A DNA stretch of 60,930 nucleotides, counting the filler, from Asterionella formosa (taxonomy: Eukaryota), in NCBI GenBank assembly GCA_002256025.1. It is 4 parts of 4 records of this genome, joined end to end, with 100 filler letters (N's around TTAATTAATTAA, not from the genome) between each part and the next. Parts side by side here need not be neighbours in the genome. Positions count along the whole stretch, not along the records: positions 30,545 to 45,686 come from NKIB01005577.1; positions 45,787 to 60,930 come from NKIB01005579.1; 2 more parts are not named here. One strand, 5' to 3'. This document shows, in pieces, positions 36,616 through 48,618 of this stretch. The notes beneath the pieces were generated by a model. The model did no database searches. It was not told where the DNA came from and saw only the letters and a program-made list of their open reading frames with translations. A program made the translations under genes and the position numbers. The first letter of the stretch is position 1, and each line of letters starts with the position of its first letter.

Positions 36616-37248
36616 ATGAAGGACGAAACACAACAGCAACAGCTCCCATCAGCATCAGCATCAGTGCCTCATAGTAGTTGTAATACTTTTACAACTACAG
36701 CATCAAGTTCAAATCATTCTACTACTGGCACCTGTACTACTACTACTGCTACTGGTACCAGTCCATTATGGTATCACATGGACATTGGCCCCAAAGGCCG
36801 AGGGTTGTTTGCCAGTGTCAACATTCCACCAAGGACATTGGTACATGTTGCCCCCTGCATTGTTATTCCCAAAATGGAATACGACACTCATATGAAGTAC
36901 ACAGTCTTGGAGCATTATTTATTCAATGACAGCAGAAGTGGCAACAAACTATTGGCATTAGGCGATGGATCACTCTTTAATCATTCCAATCGACCCAATG
37001 TGGATTACAGAATTGATTCCAAGGACGAACCATCATCATCATCATGTATTCGATATTATGTAGGATATCAAGGAATACAAGAGGGACAAGAACTTTGTAT
37101 CTCGTATGGTGCCAACTTGTGGTTTGATGATGTGGATGGGGATGATACCTTGTTGTGCAATAGTAGCACTGGTAGTAGTGACGACGAGGAAGGAGAAGGA
37201 ATAGCCAATTTTTTGAGTCGAATAGAACTTGGGTCTTCTTCGACGTAA
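36616..37248 (+). CDS. Small SET-domain protein (lysine methyltransferase-like)
   Basis: KGRGLFA, LALGDGSLFNHSNRPNVDY and I..GQELCISYG..LWF. Confidence 0.9.
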   Translation: MKDETQQQQLPSASASVPHSSCNTFTTTASSSNHSTTGTCTTTTATGTSPLWYHMDIGPKGRGLFASVNIPPRTLVHVAPCIVIPKMEYDTHMKYTVLEHYLFNDSRSGNKLLALGDGSLFNHSNRPNVDYRIDSKDEPSSSSCIRYYVGYQGIQEGQELCISYGANLWFDDVDGDDTLLCNSSTGSSDDEEGEGIANFLSRIELGSSST

Positions 37249-37733
37249 CTACCGGTACACAAATGCTATGTTACATACCGGGTAGTTTGAGCACCCTTTC
37301 GAACAACGAAAGTGAGCACCAGTCCTGTTTATACCATAGTACATTCGGAAGATTCGGTACATGAATGTCTACCNNNNNNNNNNNNNNNNNNNNNNNNNNN
37401 NNNNNNNNNNNNNNNNNNNNNNNNNNNNNNNNNNNNNNNNNNNNNNNNNNNNNNNNNNNNNNNNNNNNNNNNNNNNNNNNNNNNNNNNNNNNNNNNNNNN
37501 NNNNNNNNNNNNNNNNNNNNNNNNNNNNNNNNNNNNNNNNNNNNNNNNNNNNNNNNNNNNNNNNNNNNNNNNNNNNNNNNNNNNNNNNNNNNNNNNNNNN
37601 NNNNNNNNNNNNNNNNNNNNNNNNNNNNNNNNNNNNNNNNNNNNNNNNNNNNNNNNNNNNNNNNNNNNNNNNNNNNNNNNNNNNNNNNNNNNNNNNNNNN
37701 NNNNNNNNNNNNNNNNNNNNNNNNNNNNNNNNN

Positions 37734-39148
37734 GTGGACCACCAATTCTGATGAATCCATGGGTAGTAGGCATATCGTACATTGTGTTTTTTACACACGG
37801 CTCGGACTGTGGGGGCAATGTAGGGGTAATAGGCCGATGACATACGAGGGAATAAGTGATGTTCCACTTGAAAGTTCAACCCTCCCGTGAGTGCACCTGC
37901 GATAAATCCACCATAGGTACAGGATGTTTCAACTTGCGACTTGAACCAGCAAACGGGTTCACCAGAGGTGCGAGCGTCCTTGGTGGGGTCGCGGTCGGCA
38001 TGAACAAAGTTGTGGGAGAGAGAAAATAAGACAGCCAAGGTCAGGGATTCCGAAATGGCCATGATGGTAATGTGAAAGGCGGCAGTGAGGGGAGAGTGGA
38101 ATTGGAAGGGAACAATGACATTTACATAAATGTACAAAAGTCGCAAGGCAATTCCGTATTTGCGTCGGTCCTTGATATAATCACTCTCCATTTTAAAGCC
38201 AACTCCCTGAGCACCAGCTTGCTGCAATGTCATGATTTCCGGATTGAACACCGATGACACCCAATATCCCGCAAGAACGACAAGATAGAAGAAAGCCTGG
38301 AATCTATGGAACCACTTGCGTGCCGGGTGGTCCAGCGGGTAGTCATTGAAAAGCATGAGGGGTTCTGCTCCAAACGAATCTGGATCTTTTTCAGCGTGAT
38401 TTGTGTATGAGTGGTGCGTCCAATGCTGTTCCATCCATAACCACTTGCTGCCTCCAATAAAGTCCGCTCCGAGGCCCAAAACGTTGTTGACCCACGGTCG
38501 CTTCGAGGCAGCTCCGTGATTGGCATCGTGCTGAACATTGAGTCCGATCAGTGCCTGCGATACTCCATAAATCACAGCAAGGGTTACGGTGGATCCCTGC
38601 GTGAGCCAAACGTATTGCAAGCCAAAGAAGAAGGCCACGTAGCAGAAGCACCGAGCGAACCAGCCATAGGTTCCAAACTCCTGTCCGCGGCGGACAATCT
38701 TGAAGACTTCTCGCTTGATCTCTTGCTCAAACGGAGTGTCGAACTTGTATCTGTCGATGAAGCGGAGGCACGCGCGCAAAGGGAGTTGAGTCTCCACAGC
38801 TACAAAGAAACGCAGACGAACAGACGCAACATAACGCAAGCAACAGACTTACTCGCTGTGGTAATCCGGAATAATTCCAACGCGCTTCATCTTCTCCAAG
38901 TGTTTGCTCGTGTGATAGGGGTGAATCATATTGTACTGGATGGTGACATCATTGCCTCCGAATATTCCAATCGACGATCCTCCGGGATGATCAAACGACG
39001 TGATGTCGTAAATGACTCCTTCAATGGCCACTTCGTTTCCCTTGAGTCCCTTCACGGTGGCAATGCGATCCTGAGTCGCAGCATCGCCGGCATTCTTCTC
39101 GGCGGATGCCGCTTTGCGTTGGCGCAACTTGTCTGCGTCGGGGGCCAT
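37734..39148 (-). CDS. Front-end delta-5 fatty acid desaturase (cytochrome b5 fusion); intron 38751-38852; 3' end lost in the N gap
   Basis: MAPDADKLRQR start as in pennate-diatom delta-5 desaturase; HPGG; His boxes HDANH, HWTHH and QVEHHLFP. Confidence 0.95.
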
Positions 39149-39794
39149 TGTGTGCGGGAGTCACTCGTTGTTGGAAGTAACTGCAACAAATTCAATCAAG
39201 TTGATGTACAGGTAGGTATGCGGTAAGCGACAAGACTGTTGCAATATTATTATTATGATTGTCCGATTCTCCTCAGGGATCATTTTGAAGAAGGAACGAA
39301 GAAACCAAGCAACGCAAAAGACAGGACCAAAACCGAACAATTGGAATCCATACCACTACATACTGGTATACCGGCACTGGTATGCACGAGATTCAAAGGT
39401 GCTGGAATGTAAGAAACCCGGAAATTCGAGTAGAATCATACGGTTGTTCCACGGTTGAACAACACCACGTGGACCGAGTGTTGGCCTTCTCTCCGAGTGA
39501 CGATGTTCCGTCCGAGGAAAAACGTAGCAGTCGAATTAGTCCCTTATAGATACCTTTTCCTAGTCGTAAGAACAAGGTAAATACTGTACAGAAGTAAAGG
39601 TACGTAAGGGTATTATGTAGGACTACACCTACTACACGTGGTACCAGTAGCTGTCATTCAGAATTTTTCTTACTACATACCGAGGACTCTTTCGCTGTCT
39701 GACGCACGACGGGTGGCTGGCCAAAACTGGCTGGTGATGATCTGTTTGTTTACTTGATGAACCGGCACTGTACCTGCAAATTGTTTTTCCTAAG

Positions 39795-40058
39795 AGTACC
39801 GTAGGTACCAGGGTACCTGGTACCAGGTACTATCTTTTACTACAACTCCCTCGGGTACCAGGGAACCGCCGGAGAGGAATCATTCCGGGTTTTTTTAAAC
39901 GCACCCGACAAGCCGACGTAATGTTTTTCTTCAAAGTACAAACCGTCTTTTACAGCAAGAAATCATCCCCAACAATTCCATTGTACCCTGGTACTAGGAA
40001 GCAGCAGGACCATATCTAGCACAGCCAGGTACTGGTACCAGGTACCAGGGTACTGGTA
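39795..40058. repeat. (GGTACCW)n clusters in the divergent promoter of the desaturase and DUF6665-like genes
   Basis: AGGTACCAGGGTACCTGGTACCAGGTAC (39803) and CCAGGTACTGGTACCAGGTACCAGGGTACTGGTA (40025). Confidence 0.85.
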
Positions 40059-40119
40059 TGACATGATCATGGATACTGGAGGAATATCATATGTGTACTT
40101 TTTCCATCATTCATCGACC

Positions 40120-40858
40120 ATGTCATCGTTGCTAGTATCATTACGGCATTCCTACGGCTTTTTTCATAAACGACCATGGTTGTTGTCGTTGCGACAGTCC
40201 TTTCATTCCACCACCACCATCACCACAAACAATCAACAAACATCTTGGCAACGATCTGCCAAACTTGTCAAGAAGGATCCTACAGATGCTACTAGCACTG
40301 AAACGACCAAACATCTACATTATCTAGACACTATTCGAGCATCACATGATCCTTCATTACATATTAAAACATTGGAAGATGAATTGATGGGAACTATGGG
40401 TGCTGCATTAGGGAAACAAGCAGAGAAGATTAAATATTATTTGCAACAAATGGAGATTCAAAAGAATATATACACAACGTTAGTACGAGAACAAGGAAGC
40501 GAACATATTTTGATACAAGAAACTGCGATACGATATAATGAATTTCGAAAAATGGCGAAACAGGCAAGGTGGGAACTTTTGGTACATCGACAAGCAGTGG
40601 GATTTATTGTTAACAATCATAACGTTGGTGAGTGGAATCCACTATATTGTGTAGGAGGTCCGGAACTTTTTTGTATAGCAAATGACAGACAACGTAGGTC
40701 TCACTGTTGGACCTTTCCTTCCATCCATAGTACACGAAACATTTCCAATCGGAGAACCACTGCCAATGAATCCAAATGAGAAACCTGTTGTCAAAGAAGA
40801 GTTTACGAAATATGGCGATCAACGAGATTGGTGGGAACGTGTGGGGAGGTGGAAGTAG
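40120..40858 (+). CDS. Uncharacterised protein with a mitochondrial-type presequence, similar to bacterial DUF6665; intron 40628-40730
   Basis: Splicing GTGAGT...CCATAG gives ALGKQAEK...A..ARWELLVHRQAVGF...NH.VV.E.FPI...DWWERVGRWK*. Confidence 0.75.
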
Positions 40859-40936
40859 ATAGAAAGTAGGTTGAATGTACTCTATAGATGAGGGGTTATT
40901 TCTGTAATGATTCGTTGCACGTCTCGCAATGAAAGT

Positions 40937-41260
40937 CTATTTCAAACTGGGATGTCCTTCGTCCATCTGGGGTAACTGCAACCCAGCCCTCGCCGCAGCT
41001 CGTCGACTCAATTCATGTGCAGACAAAATTTCATCAGCACCAGTATCCAAATCATGCAAGCGCTTTCTTTCTTTCAGGTCTGATAATAGTTGTGCATAGG
41101 TTTCGCTTAACTTTCGCAGCGATGGTGAAGTTGCAACTCGATATTGTTCCACTGCGAAGGCTCGAGTTGGTTGGGATGTATCGCCACCAATCAACGGAAC
41201 ATTTGTTTTGAGATTTCGAAGGATTCTTCGCAAGACATTCTTGGGGGCTTGAGATTTCAT
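40937..41260 (-). CDS. FMC1: FMC1-like mitochondrial ATP synthase assembly factor (LYR family)
   Basis: VLRRILRNL...EQYR...TYAQLL.DLKERKRL...RRAAARAGLQLP fits the FMC1 length and motif pattern. Confidence 0.72.
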   Translation of the reverse strand: MKSQAPKNVLRRILRNLKTNVPLIGGDTSQPTRAFAVEQYRVATSPSLRKLSETYAQLLSDLKERKRLHDLDTGADEILSAHELSRRAAARAGLQLPQMDEGHPSLK

Positions 41261-41853
41261 GAAATGTCGTTGTGTATTTATGTGTGTGATGGAAGAAGGT
41301 TTGGTTGCAAGAAGAATGACCAATCTGAAGGTTACACGGGAGGAAACAACAAAGCAACAAACTCCGTGCGATATTGTTTTGAAAAATAAAACAGCAGCAC
41401 GAATGTGTCTGTGGTGATGATATTTCTTGAAAGCAGAGCGTGGTAGTAGAAACGTGATATTTTGTCGTGCAGGTAGGTACCAGGGTGGTTGGAGAAGACA
41501 TAAAACAAGAAGGTACCGGCACTCGTGGTACTAAATGGAGGCTACTACCGGTAGACACTACTGGTTGAAGAACTGCCAAATACTGCATTGTATGTCCAAA
41601 TACTGCATTTTATGTGTAAGCTGCAAAACAACAAACACTCTATAAATTGACTGCGACCGGTACTGCAAAAGATCATCAGGGTTGCCACAACATGAATGTG
41701 TAGGTATGCCGTTAGTTTGTGTCAAACAGAGCTCAACTGAATTGGTCCTCGTTCATCATCATGAAAGGAAGTCAAAACAAAAGCCTCACTATCCAGCAAG
41801 GACGCGACATTCCTATAATCAATCAAATAATTGTCATCGGGTTATAGATGTTA

Positions 41854-44622
41854 TTATGCATAGGTTGTTACAACTTCAATTCCGGAGCCTCGAACCAGCA
41901 TCATATTATCTATTGATGCACACATAGTATCAACATAATCAAAGAATTCTGCTGCAGGCTCGTGGGCTCGTATCAGGGGCATGTTAGTCACAACCAGGCT
42001 TGCTCGACTACTATATTGCTTGAGAGCCTCATTGAACGATCGGGCTGTTCTCATGCGCTCTCCGTGACTATGAGCATTATTGATGACGCCAGAGGGAAAT
42101 TCAACATCTGCCATTGGCGATGCTGGGACATATGCTGATGCATCTCCACTCTCCATAATATCCTCCCAGACAGCATGATATGGTACTTCATAGGCTTCTT
42201 GCGAGAAGACTTCACCAACTGTCAAATTTTGAGTACTGGTGTCTGTCAAGTCTCGGGTTGAGAGTCGCACTGATTCATCCGATTCTCTCATGTCATCGGC
42301 AATAGAAGTATCACTCAAATCGACAATTAATACAGAGGCTCGAATTCGAACCCTGGCCAAGTGCTCAATAACGGCTAGTCTGAGCCGATCTGGATTTTCT
42401 GTTGCACTTGACGTGACTGCAAACAAACGAATTTTGATGTTCTTTTCAAACACTTCATCCTGTGAAAGGATATAGGGCAGCAACAACAAAAGCCCTCCGT
42501 CGTGAACTATCCACCATATGTCAATCGTTTGCGCTTGCGGCGTAATTGCATACTCGTTGACTCTTGGTGGATATTGTGATGTTCCTTTGAAAATTATCAC
42601 AGCCTTCTTCAAATTCATGATTCCTTGCACTGTCAGGATGTAGTCATGAAGCTCCTCGCTCGGTCCTCGCATTGCGGGATATGATAATAGAACGGTATTG
42701 GGACTGAGTGGTCCTAGACCAGAATGCACCACAGCAGACCATAGTGCTTGGCGTCTTGTTGACGCTGTGGCAACTACTTGAGCAAAGCAATTCTGAATGC
42801 CACTTTCTTTTATGTGGTGTTCAAGTAAAATTTTGGCATAAGCCATTGAGTCACATGTCCTAGCGCGCTCCAGTCCATTTTTAGTGCGCAAAATGGAAGT
42901 CACCATATGAATGCCTCCTCCACCCCCACTTTTGAATTGTTTGGCAAGGGCCAACACGTGAAGGTTCATTGGGCTACCACACCCATCCATGTCAACCACT
43001 GTCAGTAGCTGAGGTCTCCAATTCTTGGCGTGAAAGTCTTTCATATTTGATCCACTTAATGCACTTAATGACGCGGTCGCCACGGCGTAGCGAATCGCAT
43101 TACCAACATCTCCCCAATCCTTGCGGGCCTGTTGCTTTTTGGTGTAAAGGTAGAGCATCATGATGACTGCCATTATAGTTACACACAAGTACACTGGTGA
43201 TACCAAAGCAACTAATGCTAAACACCATACAAACCCCAATAAACTTGTTGACCAATGAAAGTATCGAAAGGTTGGCCGAAACCCTGGTGACTTTAGAAAT
43301 CCCAAAAGAAAGCAACTCAGATTAATCCCTGCGTACATGAGTAGAAAGAACATAGTCACCATTGGCGTGATATAATCAAGATTTCCTGCCAATGCTGGCA
43401 ACGAAGCCAGCAACCATGTAAACCAAATGGCGCGGGTTGGACCTTCATCTGGAGAAGTTGGTTTGATGCATTTTAGAAAGGGTAAGACATCATCCTGTGC
43501 AATTGCCACCAAGACAAGTGGTGCTCCAGCACAAGCTTGCAGTGCAGCGCCAATGGAGCTGAAAATGACTCCCATAGCCACTAGTTTTTCTAATGGCCAA
43601 GCCACAGCAGCGACAACAAACTTATCCTGAATCAAGATAGAATTGCTCAAAATTGATCCGAACAACCAAACTACGAGCAAATAAATAAAAGTAGAAAATC
43701 CAATAGCACCCAGTGTTCCCCTTGGAATTGACTTGGCAGGAGTCTCTAACACTGCCGAGCGGTTGGATCCAGCCAAAATGCCAGTTACTGATGGGTAGAA
43801 AATGGCCAAAAGTCCCCAAAACGTTGGAGTGATGCCAGTTTCAGGGTCTGCTTGGTACTGTGGCCATATATTCTCCATAAACACTCGATCACTGGAAGTT
43901 AAAAGCCCGTCCCATACACCAGCACCAAAGAGAACGACCCCAACGCACATGCTGACCACAGACAACAAGACCATGAAGAAAAAGAAATTGCTCGCCATGT
44001 TGACATACCGGACTCCTACACTCACCACAGATGCCACAATCCACATGAGCACTAGTGATGCCCATCTAGCATCGAACTTCAATGCAACAGTGCGTTGCAA
44101 TGCTTCAACTGCTCCGAGCACGTACATGGTACTAGCCAACGTAGTGCCGACATAGAACAAGAGTCCAATTGTGGCTCCAATTTCAATACCGAGTGTTCGA
44201 CTGATGACATAATATGGCCCTCCAGCTTGAATGGTACCGTTCGTAGCAATGGCTGACAATGAGAGGCTGGTTAAAAGAGTTGAGGCCGTGCACGTCAAGA
44301 TAATTAGCGATGTAAAAATACATCCAGCTTGCCCTGTAATGTTTGTCAAGCGCAAGAAGAGAATAACACCCATAATGCTTTGTACACATGGAAGGAAAAC
44401 TCCATTGATAGTTCCAAGCTTGCGAGATGATGCAGAACGAGAACGTCCTGGCTGATCATCAACTCTCAGTGTCGACGAGAAGACTCGGACAGGTCGTCCT
44501 GGAATATCCACGGATTGGCAGAAGGATGAGCCCTCGGATGAAACCGTCTCGGCTTCATCGTGCTGTTTCATTCCAGAATCTATTGTCCCACTGCGTCGAA
44601 AGAAAGGGGAAAAAGGGGACAT
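41854..44622 (-). CDS. Cation-chloride cotransporter (SLC12/CCC, KCC-like)
   Basis: KLGTINGVFLPC, SAIATNG..AGGPYYVISRTLG, FYPSVTGILAGSNRS, PGFRPTFRYFHW, KNWRPQLL, IDIWWIVHDGGLLLLL and MLVRGSG.EVVT. Confidence 0.96.
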   Translation of the reverse strand: MSPFSPFFRRSGTIDSGMKQHDEAETVSSEGSSFCQSVDIPGRPVRVFSSTLRVDDQPGRSRSASSRKLGTINGVFLPCVQSIMGVILFLRLTNITGQAGCIFTSLIILTCTASTLLTSLSLSAIATNGTIQAGGPYYVISRTLGIEIGATIGLLFYVGTTLASTMYVLGAVEALQRTVALKFDARWASLVLMWIVASVVSVGVRYVNMASNFFFFMVLLSVVSMCVGVVLFGAGVWDGLLTSSDRVFMENIWPQYQADPETGITPTFWGLLAIFYPSVTGILAGSNRSAVLETPAKSIPRGTLGAIGFSTFIYLLVVWLFGSILSNSILIQDKFVVAAVAWPLEKLVAMGVIFSSIGAALQACAGAPLVLVAIAQDDVLPFLKCIKPTSPDEGPTRAIWFTWLLASLPALAGNLDYITPMVTMFFLLMYAGINLSCFLLGFLKSPGFRPTFRYFHWSTSLLGFVWCLALVALVSPVYLCVTIMAVIMMLYLYTKKQQARKDWGDVGNAIRYAVATASLSALSGSNMKDFHAKNWRPQLLTVVDMDGCGSPMNLHVLALAKQFKSGGGGGIHMVTSILRTKNGLERARTCDSMAYAKILLEHHIKESGIQNCFAQVVATASTRRQALWSAVVHSGLGPLSPNTVLLSYPAMRGPSEELHDYILTVQGIMNLKKAVIIFKGTSQYPPRVNEYAITPQAQTIDIWWIVHDGGLLLLLPYILSQDEVFEKNIKIRLFAVTSSATENPDRLRLAVIEHLARVRIRASVLIVDLSDTSIADDMRESDESVRLSTRDLTDTSTQNLTVGEVFSQEAYEVPYHAVWEDIMESGDASAYVPASPMADVEFPSGVINNAHSHGERMRTARSFNEALKQYSSRASLVVTNMPLIRAHEPAAEFFDYVDTMCASIDNMMLVRGSGIEVVTTYA

Positions 44623-45056
44623 GGGCAAGTCAGCGTAAGGGAAGCAAAGCGGAGACTTTGGTTCTTGTGTCTACATGAAACGGATCTGGCAAAATGTGAT
44701 TCAACGGGTGACTGTGTTCATTGATTTACCGGTACCAGATTAGGCGAAATAAGTCGTCCTGGCGAGAGACGAAAGACTGATCGTGAAAAGCTGCGGGACA
44801 TTCGCCTCCATAACAGGTGATGTCCTCATGCAGATAATATAATGTAGCTACTGTGATCATCGTATGTTTTCCAGCAAACAATGACATTTTGTCGACCCAC
44901 CTAATCGATCAGCGACTAAAACTGGCTTCATGTCCCTTTGCAGTTTGTCCTATGCAAACGTGAATGAGTCGACTGATTCGACTTGAGTTAATAACAAAAA
45001 CTATCTTATCCTTCTTTGCTTAGCTGTTGTCGTCATCAACCACCTACCACTCCAAC

Positions 45057-45217
45057 TGGTACACAAGGTACCAGGTACCTGGTACGGAGTATCCTGGTAC
45101 CAAGTAACTGTTGCTCTGAGTACGTATGCACAGCCTGGTAGTAAACGTAAAAACCGAATAATGATACTAACTACCAAGTACCTAGTACCGGTACCCTGTT
45201 ACCAGGTACCTGGTACC
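45057..45217. repeat. (GGTACCW)n clusters in the divergent promoter of the CCC and G-patch genes
   Basis: AGGTACCAGGTACCTGGTAC (45067) and TACCAGGTACCTGGTACC (45200). Confidence 0.85.
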
Positions 45218-45579
45218 ACACTCCGAATACATCATCTCTTTCTACTTCTCTACCAATATGTAGTAGAGTACTCCAGTATGTAGGAATTTTGTACGAACAT
45301 AAGCAACCGACTGGCATAAAACTTCAACTCACACTCCACCAGCCAAAACATACTACCGGTACATAGGGTAACAATTCTTTGAAGTCTGTTAGTCTGTACG
45401 TCTGTACACAGATAGGTTTGGTACATACGATGCGTGTGATGAAACGACTTGCTCTGCTCCGCCCAAACAAATTGAGACAATTCCACCCCCTTGGTAAATA
45501 CATATTTGCCAATCTACCAAAGTTTCGAGACGACGACCTTGATCAAACTCAACTCTATAGTAACAACCCTTTAATAACT

Positions 45580-45686
45580 ATGGCATACACATCTCTTTCG
45601 GGTTCCAAACTCCGCGCCAAACTTGGTGGTTCTCTCAATGAATCCGCCAGTGCCCCAACGAGTACCTTTGCCAAGAAACAATTGGA
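45580..45686 (+). CDS. 5' fragment of a G-patch protein (PINX1/Pxr1-like), truncated by the contig end
   Basis: MAYTSLSGSKLRAKLGGSLNE...STFAKKQL, the start of a G-patch (F..K.L.KMGW expected next). Confidence 0.6.
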
Positions 45687-45786
45687 NNNNNNNNNNNNNN
45701 NNNNNNNNNNNNNNNNNNNNNNNNNNNNNNTTAATTAATTAANNNNNNNNNNNNNNNNNNNNNNNNNNNNNNNNNNNNNNNNNNNN
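45687..45786. other. Artificial contig spacer
   Basis: N44-TTAATTAATTAA-N44. Confidence 0.97.
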
Positions 45787-45852
45787 GAGGGCACAAGAGA
45801 ATCAGAATTTAGGTGACCCGTCAGAATTTCCGTCTGTCCGTCTCCAAATATT

Positions 45853-45920
45853 TATATATCTGTATATGAAGAGATTAATATAGCTGTATATGAAGAGATA
45901 AATATAGCTGTGTATAAGAA
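45853..45920. repeat. 24-bp tandem repeat, about three copies
   Basis: TATA(T/G)CTGTATATGAAGAGAT(T/A)AA units. Confidence 0.85.
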
Positions 45921-45959
45921 ATTTGTGAAGTATCCCACAGTCACATGGACACGATGGAT

Positions 45960-46560
45960 GCATGATCTCTGCTTTTTCGTTGTCCAAACGCGATGCTACC
46001 AAGTTGGCCTGGGTGAGGCCGAATTCGATTGTTGCTTGTTTTGTGGCGAAATATAATTCTGCAGGATTGTGAGATGTCTGTCTGGTGAGCATGTCGAAAA
46101 GGATGGGGGGGACCTGGGCCAGGTGTGGGATGGCGAGAAAGATGCCGGATCCAGTTTCCTTCTGCTTGAGGTTCTTCAAGTCCGCAGTGGTGGTGGCAAT
46201 GTCTTCGTTCGTCAAGATGCGTGGCATTTCGATCGTGATGTTTTTGAAAGCTTTGGCACTGTCAAACAGGATGGGTGTGGCAGTGGATCCGAGACCAGTC
46301 AATGCCATGTGGAGTGCATCTGTGGCATCCCAGTTGGTGCCTGTAAGGGTTGTGTAGTGATGACAGAAGGAAACTTGGTGGTTCTCTTCATTTACTAAAG
46401 CAAAGAGATTGAATGCAGTGTTGTTGACGAGTTGCTGATGATCTGTTCCTGTGGCTGCCAAGTTTATCTTTTCGGCAAATCCGTGAAAGTCAGTTAGGAT
46501 CTTCAAATGTAGAGCAATCTTGGTCTTAAAGAATTGTTTCCAAGCTTGAGTTAGAATCAT
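45960..46560 (-). mobile_element. Truncated ORF of probable retroelement origin (gag/ORF1-like)
   Basis: Intronless; carries FCHHYT.L.G...ALTGLG.TATPI, a pattern recalled from repetitive diatom TE-associated ORFs. It runs into an unrelated tandem repeat at the contig edge. Confidence 0.4.
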
Positions 46561-47702
46561 TTTTAAGTAATAGATCTGAATTTATATCTAAAGACTATAA
46601 ATTTGCAAGGCTTGCTTGGTGATCAACTGCTTTTGTTGAAAGCTACTTCACAGAGGAATTGTGAGCTTTCTGCCTTGAACCCTCTGCATGGTTGTTCTCT
46701 GGCAGATTGACTCCTCCATGACCTTCTTGCATGGTTTACATGCTGCTTGCTTGCTTTTGAACTTCATCTTCACTTTTTACTAGGTATTTTTTAATTGGCT
46801 CCCGTGGTTGCTCAATTTTCCTCAGCCTGCCTGTATTCCGATCTCTCCTGTTTTTCTGCGGTTTCAATGCGCGCTTCGTGCACATCCCCTGTTTCCTTCG
46901 TCTATAATACTAATTTCCAGGTAGCGAGGAAGTATGGAGTTTCCCGTACAGTTCCAGTACGAACAGGCCTGTGTAGCGGTAGACCACAAGATGATGCTCT
47001 ACCGGTACTAATTTTAGCACACGAGCGACCTGTCAGCATCATCATGATGGTCGTACATACATAAATATTAATGGAGCTGAAATGACGCACTTTCCTTGGC
47101 ACTTTCCACCAACTCAACATTTACTCGATGAAAATGGTTGTGGGCACGCCTGTTCCCAATCATTTATTATGATGGGTGAAAAAAAAATTTCAACTGGTCC
47201 TGGAATTATGACCTGAAGACTTCTTTGGCAACTGTTACCAGGTGCTGGAAAATGTCCTCAAGGCTCCTTACATGACTGATTACCTCTACATACGACATTA
47301 GCAGCCTCTACGTAAAACATTTATCAAGTTGCGTTTTTACCGTGGACCGTTTCCGTCTACCGGGTAGATAAAGAATTTGTACCAGGTAGCATCAAAAATA
47401 CCTATAATCACTTCTTACTCGGAAGTGTCATTGATTTTTGATTGGTTACCGTAAAATGTCGTATTGCCTGGAATTGAGCCCGGTTTCAAGCAAAAGTCAG
47501 TCAATCATAAGCGAGTTTTGTCGCCTTCGTGTCGGTATATAGAAGCATCTGCTTGTACAAGATTGTAAATTCCAGGCGATACCCGGTAACAGGTAGAACC
47601 TAGTAAACTGGTAGGAGTACATCAGTAACGAAAAACAGCAGCATTCGTAAAAGGTTATTACTCCGACTACAAACTAAAGTTGATCTTTAATTATTTCCTT
47701 GT

Positions 47703-47736
47703 GGTACCTGGTACCTGGTACCTGGTACCAGGTACC
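47703..47736. repeat. Perfect (GGTACCW)n array, five units
   Basis: GGTACCT GGTACCT GGTACCT GGTACCA GGTACC, about 120 bp before ATG 47855. Confidence 0.95.
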
Positions 47737-47854
47737 GAAGACCGAAGACTGCAGCAGCATTTAAAAAATTATTTATTACCCCGACTAAACACAACTGTTT
47801 GTTTGATTCCATACTATTCATCTTTCTACTCTGTTTGATAATCAGACTGGTAAC

Positions 47855-48618
47855 ATGATGAACCAAAGGAACGCACGTGAATGGATGGAAAGGGAACAGC
47901 TGAGAAACTGTAATGCAAGGAATTGCTTACAACAGATTTCATCGCCGATTTCCTTGAGAAAGATTGCGACGAGAACACCGCTTCAGTTTCACGAGCAACA
48001 TGAAGAGTATCCACCACTCTTCGAAATAGATGTAGAGCTCTCAAAAATCCTGTGGTATTCGGTAAGTCGCAATCTCTTCGCTTTCTATATCAACATAACG
48101 TCGTTTCATAGGCCTAACATCCTTTTGGTTTTTAGCAAAGTGAATTGTCCGGTATAAAGGAAGAAGCACGCAATACTCTAAGGGCTTTTCGTCGAGCTGG
48201 TTGTGTATTGTCTATGTTAAATGAAGAGGAAGTGTGTCTACGGGGCTTGGAAGATTGGGGAAATCCTGGCGGCTTGAATGAAAAGAAGACACGAGTGCAT
48301 AATATAATTCACGGGATTCTAGAGGAGCAAGCTAACCAACGACAGATGCGAATCAATGATCCAAAGGGTCTGCAAGTACTATCTTGTGCGTGCTCGAAGT
48401 ATGCCAAGGAGCGAGCTCTGGATTTAGGACGTAACGATGAAGAGGAAATGAGGTCTAGGACCAGACGGATGTCCATGTCTTTGCCAGAGTTGGTCAAGAA
48501 GGACAGTGACAGCAAGCTCGAGGGATCTGGATCTTTCCCCGAGGTTTTGTCGGCTTCGCTCACGAAATTGGCTCTTACAAAGGAGCAAATCAATTCCTCC
48601 TCGGCCAGAAGTGCATAG
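47855..48618 (+). CDS. Diatom-specific uncharacterised protein ('LWYS...C.RGLE...L.EQ..Q' family); intron 48062-48135
   Basis: ILWYS|QSEL spliced in frame at GTAAGT...TTTAG. VCLRGLE, ILEEQANQR and S..AKERA..LG..D. Confidence 0.82.

Noticed and set aside
37271..37890. ORFs reading through the N gap
   Set aside because: Artefacts of translating Ns; only the desaturase frame is real.
15202..45786. TTAATTAATTAA embedded in N runs, three times
   Set aside because: Identical 100-nt constructs with stops in all six frames are assembly spacers, not biology. Gene-order inferences across them were avoided.
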